A stretch of 31,757 bases of DNA from a virus (IMGVR_UViG_3300012348_000015:1-31757); one strand, 5' to 3'; counted from the first letter of the stretch, positions 1 through 7,058 are shown. The notes: generated from the letters alone by a model not told the origin. Translations and numbers: made by a program.

Positions 1-1
1 G

Positions 2-361
2 TGTACAAGTAACTAAATCAGCGTGCTTAATAAAAGATTTGATAATTGAACCTATCCCATTTACCTTATACATTCCATAGCTTAAATGCTGAGTAAAAAG
101 TTCCCAGTAGTCATCTATATCTACTACCAATTTAAAGCCATACTTCTGCTTCCATTCAAGAATTTGAATCAAGCTCGCAGTTTCTGAAAAGCGATTTACT
201 AGAAAGATATTAATATCCTTCTCTTTAATCATATCTCCAGTAGGTGTATCGGTAATCATCGCATACTCTTTTGCCATTGTTGACAAAGGTAAAGCGATTC
301 TATGGTAGGTTACTCCGCTATGCTTGCTTCCGTTTCCTAGTATTCTTATTTGGTTGCTCAT
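2..361 (-). CDS. Glycosyltransferase-like protein (N-terminal part, runs off the window's left edge)
   Basis: Not in ORF track. Manual translation from ATG at 361: MSNQIRILGNGSKHSGVTYHRIALPL...KLVVDIDDYW...IKHADLVTCT; the G..YHR...P, VVDIDD and ADLVT pattern resembles GT-B (GT4-like) N-terminal domains. Confidence 0.75.
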   Translation of the reverse strand, partial: MSNQIRILGNGSKHSGVTYHRIALPLSTMAKEYAMITDTPTGDMIKEKDINIFLVNRFSETASLIQILEWKQKYGFKLVVDIDDYWELFTQHLSYGMYKVNGIGSIIKSFIKHADLVTCT

Positions 362-617
362 TCGTTTGGGTTGGTTGGGTTGCATTTCTTTTCTCCATGA
401 ACTTAATGCCTTCATAGTGCGCTTCTAATCGCTTGAGCATATCAAATACACAAGCACCGCACCAAGCATTTAGAACAAATTGCTGATCTAAATTACGTTG
501 GTAAATTCGAGTATATTCATCAAGTACTGGAAAGTCTATATTTCTAGTAAAGCCAAGCTTTACCGCTTCGAAATTAATGATATGCTCCTCTAAGAATTTA
601 ATATCTTCTGGACTCAT
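318..617 (-). CDS. Hypothetical soluble protein with WCGAC (CxxC) motif
   Basis: 99 aa ORF coupled by ATGA overlap to 614..838; NAWCGACVFDMLKRL. Confidence 0.75.
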   Translation of the reverse strand: MSPEDIKFLEEHIINFEAVKLGFTRNIDFPVLDEYTRIYQRNLDQQFVLNAWCGACVFDMLKRLEAHYEGIKFMEKRNATQPTQTNEQPNKNTRKRKQA

Positions 618-838
618 AGTTTATGAATTAATCTGTAAGATAGTGCGCCAATAATACCAGCGCTAAAAATTGTAGCTATAAAGCTAACTAAATTGTCTGG
701 CATTAAGTACATAACCATGGCACTCCATACTGAAAGGCAAGGTACGCAGTTAAATGGCTTAAAGTTTAGATAAAAACTTTTGTGCAGATTAGTCATGTTA
801 AAAAATACTGCAAAGGTAATCGCTGCTAAAATTATCAT
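614..838 (-). CDS. Small membrane protein with KPFNCxxCxxxW motif (DUF1360-like)
   Basis: Three hydrophobic segments; KPFNCVPCLSVW; overlaps both neighbours by 4 nt. Confidence 0.75.
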   Translation of the reverse strand: MIILAAITFAVFFNMTNLHKSFYLNFKPFNCVPCLSVWSAMVMYLMPDNLVSFIATIFSAGIIGALSYRLIHKL

Positions 839-1023
839 AAGTTATAAATTTCTTCTGTTACTAATTCCCAGTAAATCTTATCGTCAATCTTTAGCTTCTG
901 ATCCTTTACCACTTGGCAAATATACAAAGCTAACTCCTTTGCCATTGCCTTATTACCAGCAAAGTATAAACCGTTATTGATTAAGGATTGCGCTCTTTCA
1001 TCTGGCTTTAAATTATCTTGCAT
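835..1023 (-). CDS. Hypothetical protein (paralogue of 2338..2553 and 2561..2770)
   Basis: KPDERAQSL...AKELALYICQVVK...YWELVTEEIYNL pattern shared with two upstream ORFs. Confidence 0.7.
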   Translation of the reverse strand: MQDNLKPDERAQSLINNGLYFAGNKAMAKELALYICQVVKDQKLKIDDKIYWELVTEEIYNL

Positions 1024-1534
1024 CTCGTAGCTTCTTTTTAATTACTGTGATTGTCTTGACTACGCTTTGATAAGGAATCTTTGTGCGCCTAGATACTTCT
1101 GTTTGATTGAATCCTAAATCGATGTAAGTATCTAACATAGTATCTTCATACCAGGTAAGATTTTTACGATTCGATTCTACTTGTATAAATAGCAATTCCT
1201 TTGCTTCCTTCGAATTATCTTCTAGCTCTGGTATATTCTCAAAGCCATCAATAGCTTCGTACTTAGCTCGGAAGTTCTTAAAAAACGGCTGATTCATCGA
1301 AGTCGAATAAATCATATTTAGCATACATCTTACAAGCCAAAACTTCAAACCTCCTACTCCGTTATTATTGTAAATGCTCCAGAATTTCTCATCTGTTATT
1401 GAGCATAGGTTTACAAACATCTCTTGGCGTAGTTCTTCTCTTAGTGAAGCTGGTTGCATCTTTCTTAGCGCGGAGGCTATCTCCTTACTTTCGTAAAGCT
1501 CTGCAATCAATTCGCTTCGAGTTTTTGCTATCAT
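1013..1534 (-). CDS. Phage-encoded sigma-70/ECF-like sigma factor (putative late transcription factor)
   Basis: Region-2-like LREELRQEMFVNL...LKFWLVRCMLN and region-4 HTH LTWYEDTMLDTY...NQTEVSRRTKIPYQSVVKTITVIKKKLR; start at ATG 1534 preferred (ATGA overlap); lies at the early/late junction. Confidence 0.75.
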   Translation of the reverse strand: MIAKTRSELIAELYESKEIASALRKMQPASLREELRQEMFVNLCSITDEKFWSIYNNNGVGGLKFWLVRCMLNMIYSTSMNQPFFKNFRAKYEAIDGFENIPELEDNSKEAKELLFIQVESNRKNLTWYEDTMLDTYIDLGFNQTEVSRRTKIPYQSVVKTITVIKKKLRDAR

Positions 1535-1632
1535 GATCTCTTGCGCTCTTGGATTATCATGCAAGTCATGAAAACAATAAAAGCTAATTCTGCGATTCCC
1601 ACAAAAATAGCTTCAATAATAAGTCTATCCAT
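1531..1632 (-). CDS. Small single-pass membrane protein (33 aa)
   Basis: Manual translation MDRLIIEAIFVGIAELAFIVFMTCMIIQERKRS*; fills the gap and overlaps both neighbours. Confidence 0.6.
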   Translation of the reverse strand: MDRLIIEAIFVGIAELAFIVFMTCMIIQERKRS

Positions 1633-1897
1633 TTATTTTATTAAGCTCATGCTCCAAATACCATATGGATTTAAGCAAGTCTTGTTTTTGGTTGCCCTTC
1701 TTGTCAGCTCTCAAAATATATTTAATTGCATTTCCAGTATTAAAGCTTAAACCGAAATCATCTATAATATCAATGACTTCAAAACGCTTTCCTTGATAAT
1801 GCGAAGGCGAATTAACCAGGTCTTCTTTGACTGCTACTGGTATCTCTTCGATAATAATGGGCATATCGTCCCAAACTTTTTCTACAAATTCTTCCAT
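1625..1897 (-). CDS. DUF3310 (SaV-like) phage protein
   Basis: VNSPSHY...EVIDII...FNTGNAIKYILRADKKG...DLLKSIWYLE signature. Confidence 0.9.
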   Translation of the reverse strand: MEEFVEKVWDDMPIIIEEIPVAVKEDLVNSPSHYQGKRFEVIDIIDDFGLSFNTGNAIKYILRADKKGNQKQDLLKSIWYLEHELNKING

Positions 1898-1921
1898 AGT
1901 GTACCCGATATGATATAAAAT

Positions 1922-1964
1922 TATAAAGTTAATGCGATTTTATACCCTCAATGGTATAAAGTTA
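1922..1964. promoter_or_regulatory. Intergenic operator/promoter-like element
   Basis: Direct repeat TATAAAGTTA (1922-1931, 1955-1964; minus strand TAACTTTATA, a TAnnTTTa-like -7 box) and inverted repeat TTTATACC-N6-GGTATAAA (1939-1960). Confidence 0.5.
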
Positions 1965-1996
1965 TAGCAATATTTTAATTAAAAAAACATAACTGC

Positions 1997-2341
1997 CTAA
2001 AAATCAATGTCCAAGCCATAAGATTTTAGTAATATATTAAGCTGAGTATTCAAGCCTTCATGCCTAATCTCATCCATGTCCGCCATTAGCATACCAAGTT
2101 TAAAGAATTTCAGCATTACATCGCCAGCCATAACGTGCTGATCTACTACGGCATCTTCTGCACCATCCGCATAAAGCTTATCGGTAATGCTAACCAACTC
2201 AGTTAATAAGTTTTGGCTTTTAAATTTTAGGGATTGCTTATTGTAGATAGACTTTCTAAAGTCGTTCTCAATGTGATCTACTAAAGCGTTGGTAAGTCCT
2301 GCGTAAATTACGAAGGTTTCTCTTTCTGTAAGCTTTTTCAT
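1997..2341 (-). CDS. Hypothetical protein
   Basis: 114 aa ORF in operon, ATGA overlap. Confidence 0.7.
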   Translation of the reverse strand: MKKLTERETFVIYAGLTNALVDHIENDFRKSIYNKQSLKFKSQNLLTELVSITDKLYADGAEDAVVDQHVMAGDVMLKFFKLGMLMADMDEIRHEGLNTQLNILLKSYGLDIDF

Positions 2342-2553
2342 TGTTTCCCAAATTTTATAATCTCTTGTTTTACTTCTGCCCAGTAATCATTTCTATGAGT
2401 TGTATCATAGTTTAAAATTAAATCAACTGCTATTAATGAACACATTATAGCAAGCTCTTGATTAATTCCATATTCTGGTTCGCTTGTAGAGGTTTCAATT
2501 TGGTATCTATAAATCAATTCAACCGCTTGTTCTTTACTAGTTTTTCGTGCCAT
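2338..2553 (-). CDS. Hypothetical protein (KEQAVEL...SLIAVDLIL...YWAEVKQEI family)
   Basis: Short helical protein of a type I recognise from Bacteroidota phages; paralogues in window. Confidence 0.75.
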   Translation of the reverse strand: MARKTSKEQAVELIYRYQIETSTSEPEYGINQELAIMCSLIAVDLILNYDTTHRNDYWAEVKQEIIKFGKQ

Positions 2554-2560
2554 TTTTTTA

Positions 2561-2770
2561 TCAGTTTAGTTTATCCTTTATTAATAATTTTTCAATCTCA
2601 TTCCAAGCTTTGTAGGATTCCATTCTGTCGCTATTATTGTATAGCTCATCCTTAACAACTTCGCAAATTAATAATGCTATTTTGAAATCATCTTCATTTG
2701 TTTTACCCACATTTATATCGGAAATTTTTCTAGTAAGTTTGTGCAACTCGCCGAATGCGTATCTGTCCAT
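2561..2770 (-). CDS. Hypothetical protein (divergent paralogue of the same family)
   Basis: KIALLICEVVKDEL...WNEIEKLL resembles 835..1023 ELALYICQVVKDQ...WELV. Confidence 0.7.
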   Translation of the reverse strand: MDRYAFGELHKLTRKISDINVGKTNEDDFKIALLICEVVKDELYNNSDRMESYKAWNEIEKLLIKDKLN

Positions 2771-2771
2771 T

Positions 2772-2990
2772 TCATTTTTGGTTTAGTTTATCCTTAATCA
2801 TTTTGACCTTTAAAAAACTAAGCTTCTGAAGGTATCCCTCGCAAGTTAGTAATCTTTCTTTATTTGTTTGCAAGCACTTGGCTAAATCATTTATAAAAAC
2901 TCCATATCCTAAGTCTAGCTCAGTACCAGGTTCTATCTTCTGAGCATCTATCCAATCTATTGCCTTTTGGTAATTACTTTGTAATTCCAT
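2772..2990 (-). CDS. Hypothetical protein
   Basis: ORF in operon; ATG 2990 (MELQSNY) preferred over the longer track start. Confidence 0.65.
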   Translation of the reverse strand: MELQSNYQKAIDWIDAQKIEPGTELDLGYGVFINDLAKCLQTNKERLLTCEGYLQKLSFLKVKMIKDKLNQK

Positions 2991-3315
2991 AAATATCAAA
3001 TTCAATACGCGGATTAATCTTGTCTATGTGCTTATCCATTTCCAAGCGTATGCACAATCTGTCGTTAGTTATAATTCCGTTAGACTGAAGGCAATCTAAA
3101 ATTACTTTAGCAGCATTGTCCAGGTCTGATCTATTCGACTGGAAATAGACTCGAATTGATATTCCAAATTCAAAGTCTATTCCCTTGCTTAACGTAATTG
3201 TCTGAAGCCTAAAGCTTTCTTCGTACTGGTGTAATTCCTTAGACTTATAAAGCCGATTATTGCCAATGCGATAGCCATTAGATTTACTTGGTACTTTGCC
3301 GTAGACCGTTGTCAT
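2974..3315 (-). CDS. rusA: RusA-family Holliday junction resolvase
   Basis: GKVPSKSNGYR, RSDLDNAAKVILDCLQ, ITNDR, NPRIEF motifs. Confidence 0.9.
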   Translation of the reverse strand: MTTVYGKVPSKSNGYRIGNNRLYKSKELHQYEESFRLQTITLSKGIDFEFGISIRVYFQSNRSDLDNAAKVILDCLQSNGIITNDRLCIRLEMDKHIDKINPRIEFDIYGITK

Positions 3316-3584
3316 ATTGAGCTTGAATATAATAAAGCTTCTCGTTGCAACTGCCTCCGCAATCTATGATATTTATTTTTCTTTTCGCTATCGTAAATCT
3401 TAGTCGAATAAAATCCGTAGCTGGTATTATAAATCATGACCGTACTTCCGCAGTCGCATTTAATATTTATCGAATGTATATTATCGGTTTTTAAAAACAT
3501 CTTATCTACAAATTCAAGTTCGTACTTATGCTCACAAGTTGGACAAGTAAGTTTATGATCCGTTAGTCTTGGATAGCGCGCCAT
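3312..3584 (-). CDS. Putative zinc-ribbon protein
   Basis: CPTC...CDCG; ATG 3584 preferred (TAATG overlap). Confidence 0.65.
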   Translation of the reverse strand: MARYPRLTDHKLTCPTCEHKYELEFVDKMFLKTDNIHSINIKCDCGSTVMIYNTSYGFYSTKIYDSEKKNKYHRLRRQLQREALLYSSSI

Positions 3585-3805
3585 TATTTCTTTATGATTA
3601 GGATTCCCGATTTTGTATATCTTCCTGGTTCTAACTTTCCATGCCATTCATCATGACCTACTTCCATTTCAAAGATAGGTTTTCTAGATTTTGAAACAAA
3701 TCCATTTAATCTTTTCTCTTCGTCTTCTGTAAATAACTTATACAAAACTAAGCCAGTGCAAATAATAGTAACGACAAGCGTTAGTAGTTTTATTAGTCTT
3801 ATCAT
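3584..3805 (-). CDS. Hypothetical membrane-anchored protein
   Basis: N-terminal hydrophobic helix LLTLVVTIICTGLVLY; ATG 3805 preferred. Confidence 0.65.
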   Translation of the reverse strand: MIRLIKLLTLVVTIICTGLVLYKLFTEDEEKRLNGFVSKSRKPIFEMEVGHDEWHGKLEPGRYTKSGILIIKK

Positions 3806-3816
3806 TTTTTTAGTGT

Positions 3817-4446
3817 CTAAAATAAACATGATTTTAAAATTTCATAGCAAAGCAATCTTGGAATCTTGCTTCTTTCGTAAGCGTTGGACAATCCTTGCGT
3901 TCCAGTCCTGGATCCTCTTGGTGCTTCATCGTGGCAAGCTTCTCCGTTCTTGCAAATTGGTCTTGGATTCCACCTCCAGTTGTTAGTCCAAATGTCTGTC
4001 GGTTTCATTCTGGTATCTCCATACTGGCAATAGCTAATAGTTCTTCTAGGTAGATTTTTCATGAAATCCATTTTGCGTAAAACTCCTCTAGGATTTTCAA
4101 TAAAATAATATCTTGGATTATAATGCTCTATAATTTCTAAAGTCTTCTTGGCTATTTCAATACCTAATTAAGCCGATTCTGTCTTTGGAATGTAAGCACC
4201 CGTACCCCCCCCCCAATGATGACCTAAAGCTGCTACGCTGAAAGCCGTACAAGGCGGAGTTGCCCAAATAACATCTGGAATAAAATCTATTTCGTTATAG
4301 TCAAATTCTAAAATATTTTTAACGTAATCTATTTTTTCAAAGTCATTAATATCTGAAGATAAAACTTCAAAGTTCATTCTTTCTGCTATATTGCCAATAG
4401 ATCTACTACCAGCAAATAGTTCAAGTATTTTAATTTTATTGCTCAT
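3817..4446 (-). pseudogene. C5-cytosine DNA methyltransferase interrupted by one in-frame TAA (4168-4170)
   Basis: Motif I LELFAGS, motif IV WATPPC; reading through the TAA gives PKTESA*LGIEIAKKTLEII...YFIENPRG (motif VI) and continues in frame into 3817..4071 (YCQYG, KPTDIW, RSKIP). Confidence 0.88.
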
Positions 4447-5197
4447 TTTCTATCGGTTTAATTTTTCCTTCACTATCAATCTCTGATTCAAAGTTAACAA
4501 GGTCATGAATAAAATTTTTGTAAGCTTGAGTCTTGCAAGCTACTTTAAACTCTTCGCCTTGCAGATGCTTAAACTTCTCTGCAATACTACGCTTATCTTC
4601 TATCGGAGTTGTGTAAATCTCAAACTCGCTTAGGTAATCGTAAAGAATATGCAATCCTCCAGCTATCCACTTGAACTCGTTCTTTGCCTTTTGCGCCTTT
4701 GTAATTTCTTTTGCGTACATATTAGCCGTTTCAATACTTTGAGCTTTTAAAACGCTATCACAAGGCTTAGGCTTGGCTTGTTCTTCTTGCTTTGGTATCG
4801 CTCTTGTTTCAGATCTTGCATAATCTAAATAAGCGTTCATAATTCTAGCAAAGTATTCGCAAGAAAAATTCTCGTAAGTCTTTACATCTACCGTAAATCT
4901 TCCAGCTACTGCAAGCTCAAAAGCTAACTTAATTTCTGGAATTGTTTGATTAGCAAAGTTTGTTTTAATAAAATTGATTAAGACAAGCTTTTCTTCATCA
5001 GTTGGTAGATTGTTACCTCTAAGTCCTACTAGGATCATAACATACCTCAGTACCTGCTTTAAATCTTCCTCGTTTTGCTTTCTAATTGCTAAACCATTTT
5101 GAGCTTGAAGAATCTGGATGCCTAAACCTTTACCAATTTCTGAGGGCTTCCATTCTGTCGTGGCTAGTTCCCTTTGGTTTGTCGTTTGAATTTCCAT
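4436..5197 (-). CDS. Putative replication accessory protein / helicase loader
   Basis: Directly downstream of and overlapping the initiator; EIKLAFELAVAG...YENFSCEYFARIMNAY; ATG 5197 preferred; function inferred from position. Confidence 0.55.
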   Translation of the reverse strand: MEIQTTNQRELATTEWKPSEIGKGLGIQILQAQNGLAIRKQNEEDLKQVLRYVMILVGLRGNNLPTDEEKLVLINFIKTNFANQTIPEIKLAFELAVAGRFTVDVKTYENFSCEYFARIMNAYLDYARSETRAIPKQEEQAKPKPCDSVLKAQSIETANMYAKEITKAQKAKNEFKWIAGGLHILYDYLSEFEIYTTPIEDKRSIAEKFKHLQGEEFKVACKTQAYKNFIHDLVNFESEIDSEGKIKPIENEQ

Positions 5198-5795
5198 TTT
5201 GAATAAATTTATTTTTGTTTCCCATCCATGTTTTAATTCTTCTGCTAATATCGAAAAACTTTTCACATTCCCATCGCTCTTTACCTTTACTATTTTTTTC
5301 TGTCCAATAAGAAAAGAAATTATCGTATTCGTTTTCTAAGTCTAAAAGATATGGCGAAAGCATTTCGCTAAAAGATATATTTACTTTACTTTCTTTTACT
5401 TTACTTTCTTTTACTTTATCCTCGTTACGAACACTTTTGTAACTTGTTACATTTTCTGTAACTGATTGATTTTCACGCCATTCAGAAATACGTTTTGCGT
5501 TTTTTTCTTTATTTACTTGATACTTTTTACTAAAGTTTAGCAGTTGTTTGTTGAAAGTTTCGCCATTGTTTGAAGAAATAAGATCAATTTCTTCCATAAA
5601 CTTCCAACATTTTTCTAATTTTTTACCAACATTTAGCTGGTGTTTTAAGACAATTGTTTTAATAGGCTTCTCTTGTAATGCTAATTTTTCTAGTATAGTA
5701 TAAAATAAACCAAGACCTTCATAGCCAAACTCCAAATAGAGTTCAGTTATCTTTTCATCGTTAAATGAAGTAGAATCGTGTAGGTAATATTTCAT
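5130..5795 (-). CDS. Replication initiator (DUF4373/Lin1244-like N-terminus, low-complexity linker, C-terminal helical domain)
   Basis: YYLHDSTSFNDEKI...GYEGLGLFYTILEKL; KVKESKVKESKV linker; FFSYW...WECEKFFDISRRIKTW. Confidence 0.82.
   Translation of the reverse strand: MKYYLHDSTSFNDEKITELYLEFGYEGLGLFYTILEKLALQEKPIKTIVLKHQLNVGKKLEKCWKFMEEIDLISSNNGETFNKQLLNFSKKYQVNKEKNAKRISEWRENQSVTENVTSYKSVRNEDKVKESKVKESKVNISFSEMLSPYLLDLENEYDNFFSYWTEKNSKGKERWECEKFFDISRRIKTWMGNKNKFIQNGNSNDKPKGTSHDRMEALRNW
5381..5462. repeat. Candidate replication origin repeats inside the initiator gene
   Basis: Tandem 15-mer TTACTTTACTTTCTT (5381-5410) plus alternating GTTAC/GTAAC sites at 5424, 5439, 5446, 5458. Confidence 0.5.
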
Positions 5796-5798
5796 AGA

Positions 5799-5984
5799 TT
5801 AAAATCTAAATTTTAAAACTGGCTCTTTTTCTTCTGGATAATGTCTATAACCTTTTAAATCATATGTAACATATTTACCAATTCCAAATTCTACTATTAA
5901 ATGATGCTCTGCGTAATCTACTATTCCATTACCATACCTTTCGTCATAAACCCTATCCCTTCTTTTAAATTTTTTTTCTTCCAT
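5799..5984 (-). CDS. Hypothetical small protein (SH3-like)
   Basis: FKRRDRVYDERYGNGIV...IVEF...YDLKG pattern; first gene after the structured leader. Confidence 0.7.
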   Translation of the reverse strand: MEEKKFKRRDRVYDERYGNGIVDYAEHHLIVEFGIGKYVTYDLKGYRHYPEEKEPVLKFRF

Positions 5985-5990
5985 TTTTTT

Positions 5991-6085
5991 AAAATAAAAA
6001 AGCCAGCGATGCGTAGGAGTGCAAAGCTGGCTCTGGTTTTTAAACCTTGTTAATTACCTAAGAACTCCTACCCTCTCAGCTAATT
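5991..6085 (-). ncRNA. Structured leader RNA: hairpin 1 plus terminator hairpin with complementary loops
   Basis: Hairpin 1 at 6085-6052 exposes GUAGGAG(U); hairpin 2 at 6032-6001 is AGCCAGC-UU-UGC-[ACUCCUAC]-GCA-UC-GCUGGCU followed by a U-rich tail. Confidence 0.7.
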
Positions 6086-6091
6086 GTGCTA

Positions 6092-6122
6092 TAAATATAA
6101 AACTATTTGTCAGAATTACAAA
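6092..6122 (-). promoter_or_regulatory. Bacteroidota primary-sigma promoter (-33 TTTG, 19 nt, -7 TATATTTA)
   Basis: TTTG at 6122-6119, 19-nt spacer, TATATTTA at 6099-6092; one mismatch to TAnnTTTG; starts just before hairpin 1. Confidence 0.7.
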
Positions 6123-6369
6123 GCCTTTTCGAAAAAATTCCGAAGTAATCTGGAAAATCTTTCTCAAACTTCCTGGCATAGTCTGCCGTATAGTTGTTGT
6201 TGACCTTGTACTTGTCGTTACCAGACACCATAGAATGCCATCTAATAACTTCAAATATTTGCTTTGATCCGATACGCTTGTAGCCTCTATTTATTAGCTG
6301 AAACGCGTACTTCTTGAACTCCTCGTAAACTGCTGGATTTTCTTCGTGGTACTTTATGAAGCTTCTCAT
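6103..6369 (-). CDS. Conserved phage hypothetical protein
   Basis: YHEENPAVYEEF...IFEVIRW...YKVNNNYTADYARKF pattern recognised as common in phages. Confidence 0.8.
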   Translation of the reverse strand: MRSFIKYHEENPAVYEEFKKYAFQLINRGYKRIGSKQIFEVIRWHSMVSGNDKYKVNNNYTADYARKFEKDFPDYFGIFSKRLCNSDK

Positions 6370-6454
6370 CTTTTATAAGTTTAAGTTTTCGATAATCGTT
6401 TTCTAATTGCTTGGTCAAGTTTGCTTGCCATTCGTTAAAAGTTAAATCTTTCAT
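6287..6454 (-). CDS. Hypothetical protein (55 aa)
   Basis: Manual translation MKDLTFNEWQANLTKQLENDYRKL...; ATGA overlap with 6451..6693. Confidence 0.55.
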   Translation of the reverse strand: MKDLTFNEWQANLTKQLENDYRKLKLIKDEKLHKVPRRKSSSLRGVQEVRVSANK

Positions 6455-6693
6455 TTTAAAATGGGTATGAACTTTGGAAAAATAGTTGATCCGTTATACT
6501 GCGGTTGAATCGTTGTACTCCTTGCATAGCTTGGAGTTTTTGCTGGTTGCGGAATCTCTGGTGCTTGACATCCAATCATTAAAAATAAAAATATGATGTA
6601 TGCCAATATAGTTATTCCAGCTCCTACAACTCCTACGAATGCAATGAACTCAGCTGCATCGTAATTCTGTTTTGATTTACCTTGAAAATTCAT
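6451..6693 (-). CDS. Membrane protein / possible lipoprotein
   Basis: Long hydrophobic stretch ending LMIGC-Q (lipobox-like) followed by a Pro-rich tail. Confidence 0.6.
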   Translation of the reverse strand: MNFQGKSKQNYDAAEFIAFVGVVGAGITILAYIIFLFLMIGCQAPEIPQPAKTPSYARSTTIQPQYNGSTIFPKFIPILK

Positions 6694-6877
6694 GGTTAAT
6701 TTGTTTAGATTCCATAACTCGTTTTACCTCGTCCATTACTTCCTCGTTTTTAACTTTGCCATAAACAACCGATTGCACTAAAGGCATTGACCATTGTCTA
6801 GCTGAGAATGGCATGACTCCTCTTTTGTTTAAGTTGTCTGCCACTTCTTGATATAAATTAAGCTTCTTGATTTTCAT
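6677..6877 (-). CDS. Small putative DNA-binding protein
   Basis: YQEVADNLNKRGVMPFSARQWSMPLVQSVV resembles the recombinase-type HTH pattern (IA..LN..G......W....V). Confidence 0.6.
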   Translation of the reverse strand: MKIKKLNLYQEVADNLNKRGVMPFSARQWSMPLVQSVVYGKVKNEEVMDEVKRVMESKQINHEFSR

Positions 6878-7058
6878 ACTCTTCTCTTTCTTTTAATAAT
6901 TCTTCTTCACTATCAATTTCTTCGACATATCCATAAGCTCTTCCGATGCTTATGCGTAGTCTATCTATGTCTTCTTGCGTTCCGCAGTAATGCCTTTGTA
7001 AGTATTTTCCGCGATCAAGATTGTCAACATATGTAAAAATATAATTACCTGGTTTCAT
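6858..7058 (-). CDS. Hypothetical protein
   Basis: ORF in tightly packed early operon. Confidence 0.65.
   Translation of the reverse strand: MKPGNYIFTYVDNLDRGKYLQRHYCGTQEDIDRLRISIGRAYGYVEEIDSEEELLKEREEYENQEA

Noticed and set aside
4168-4170. Stop-codon reassignment to explain the TAA in the methyltransferase
   Set aside because: TAA, TAG and TGA all end intact genes elsewhere, coding density is full under the standard code, and no suppressor tRNA is visible
5381-5420. CRISPR-like or mini-array repeats
   Set aside because: Short in-frame tandem repeat encoding KVKES, with no spacers; no other array seen
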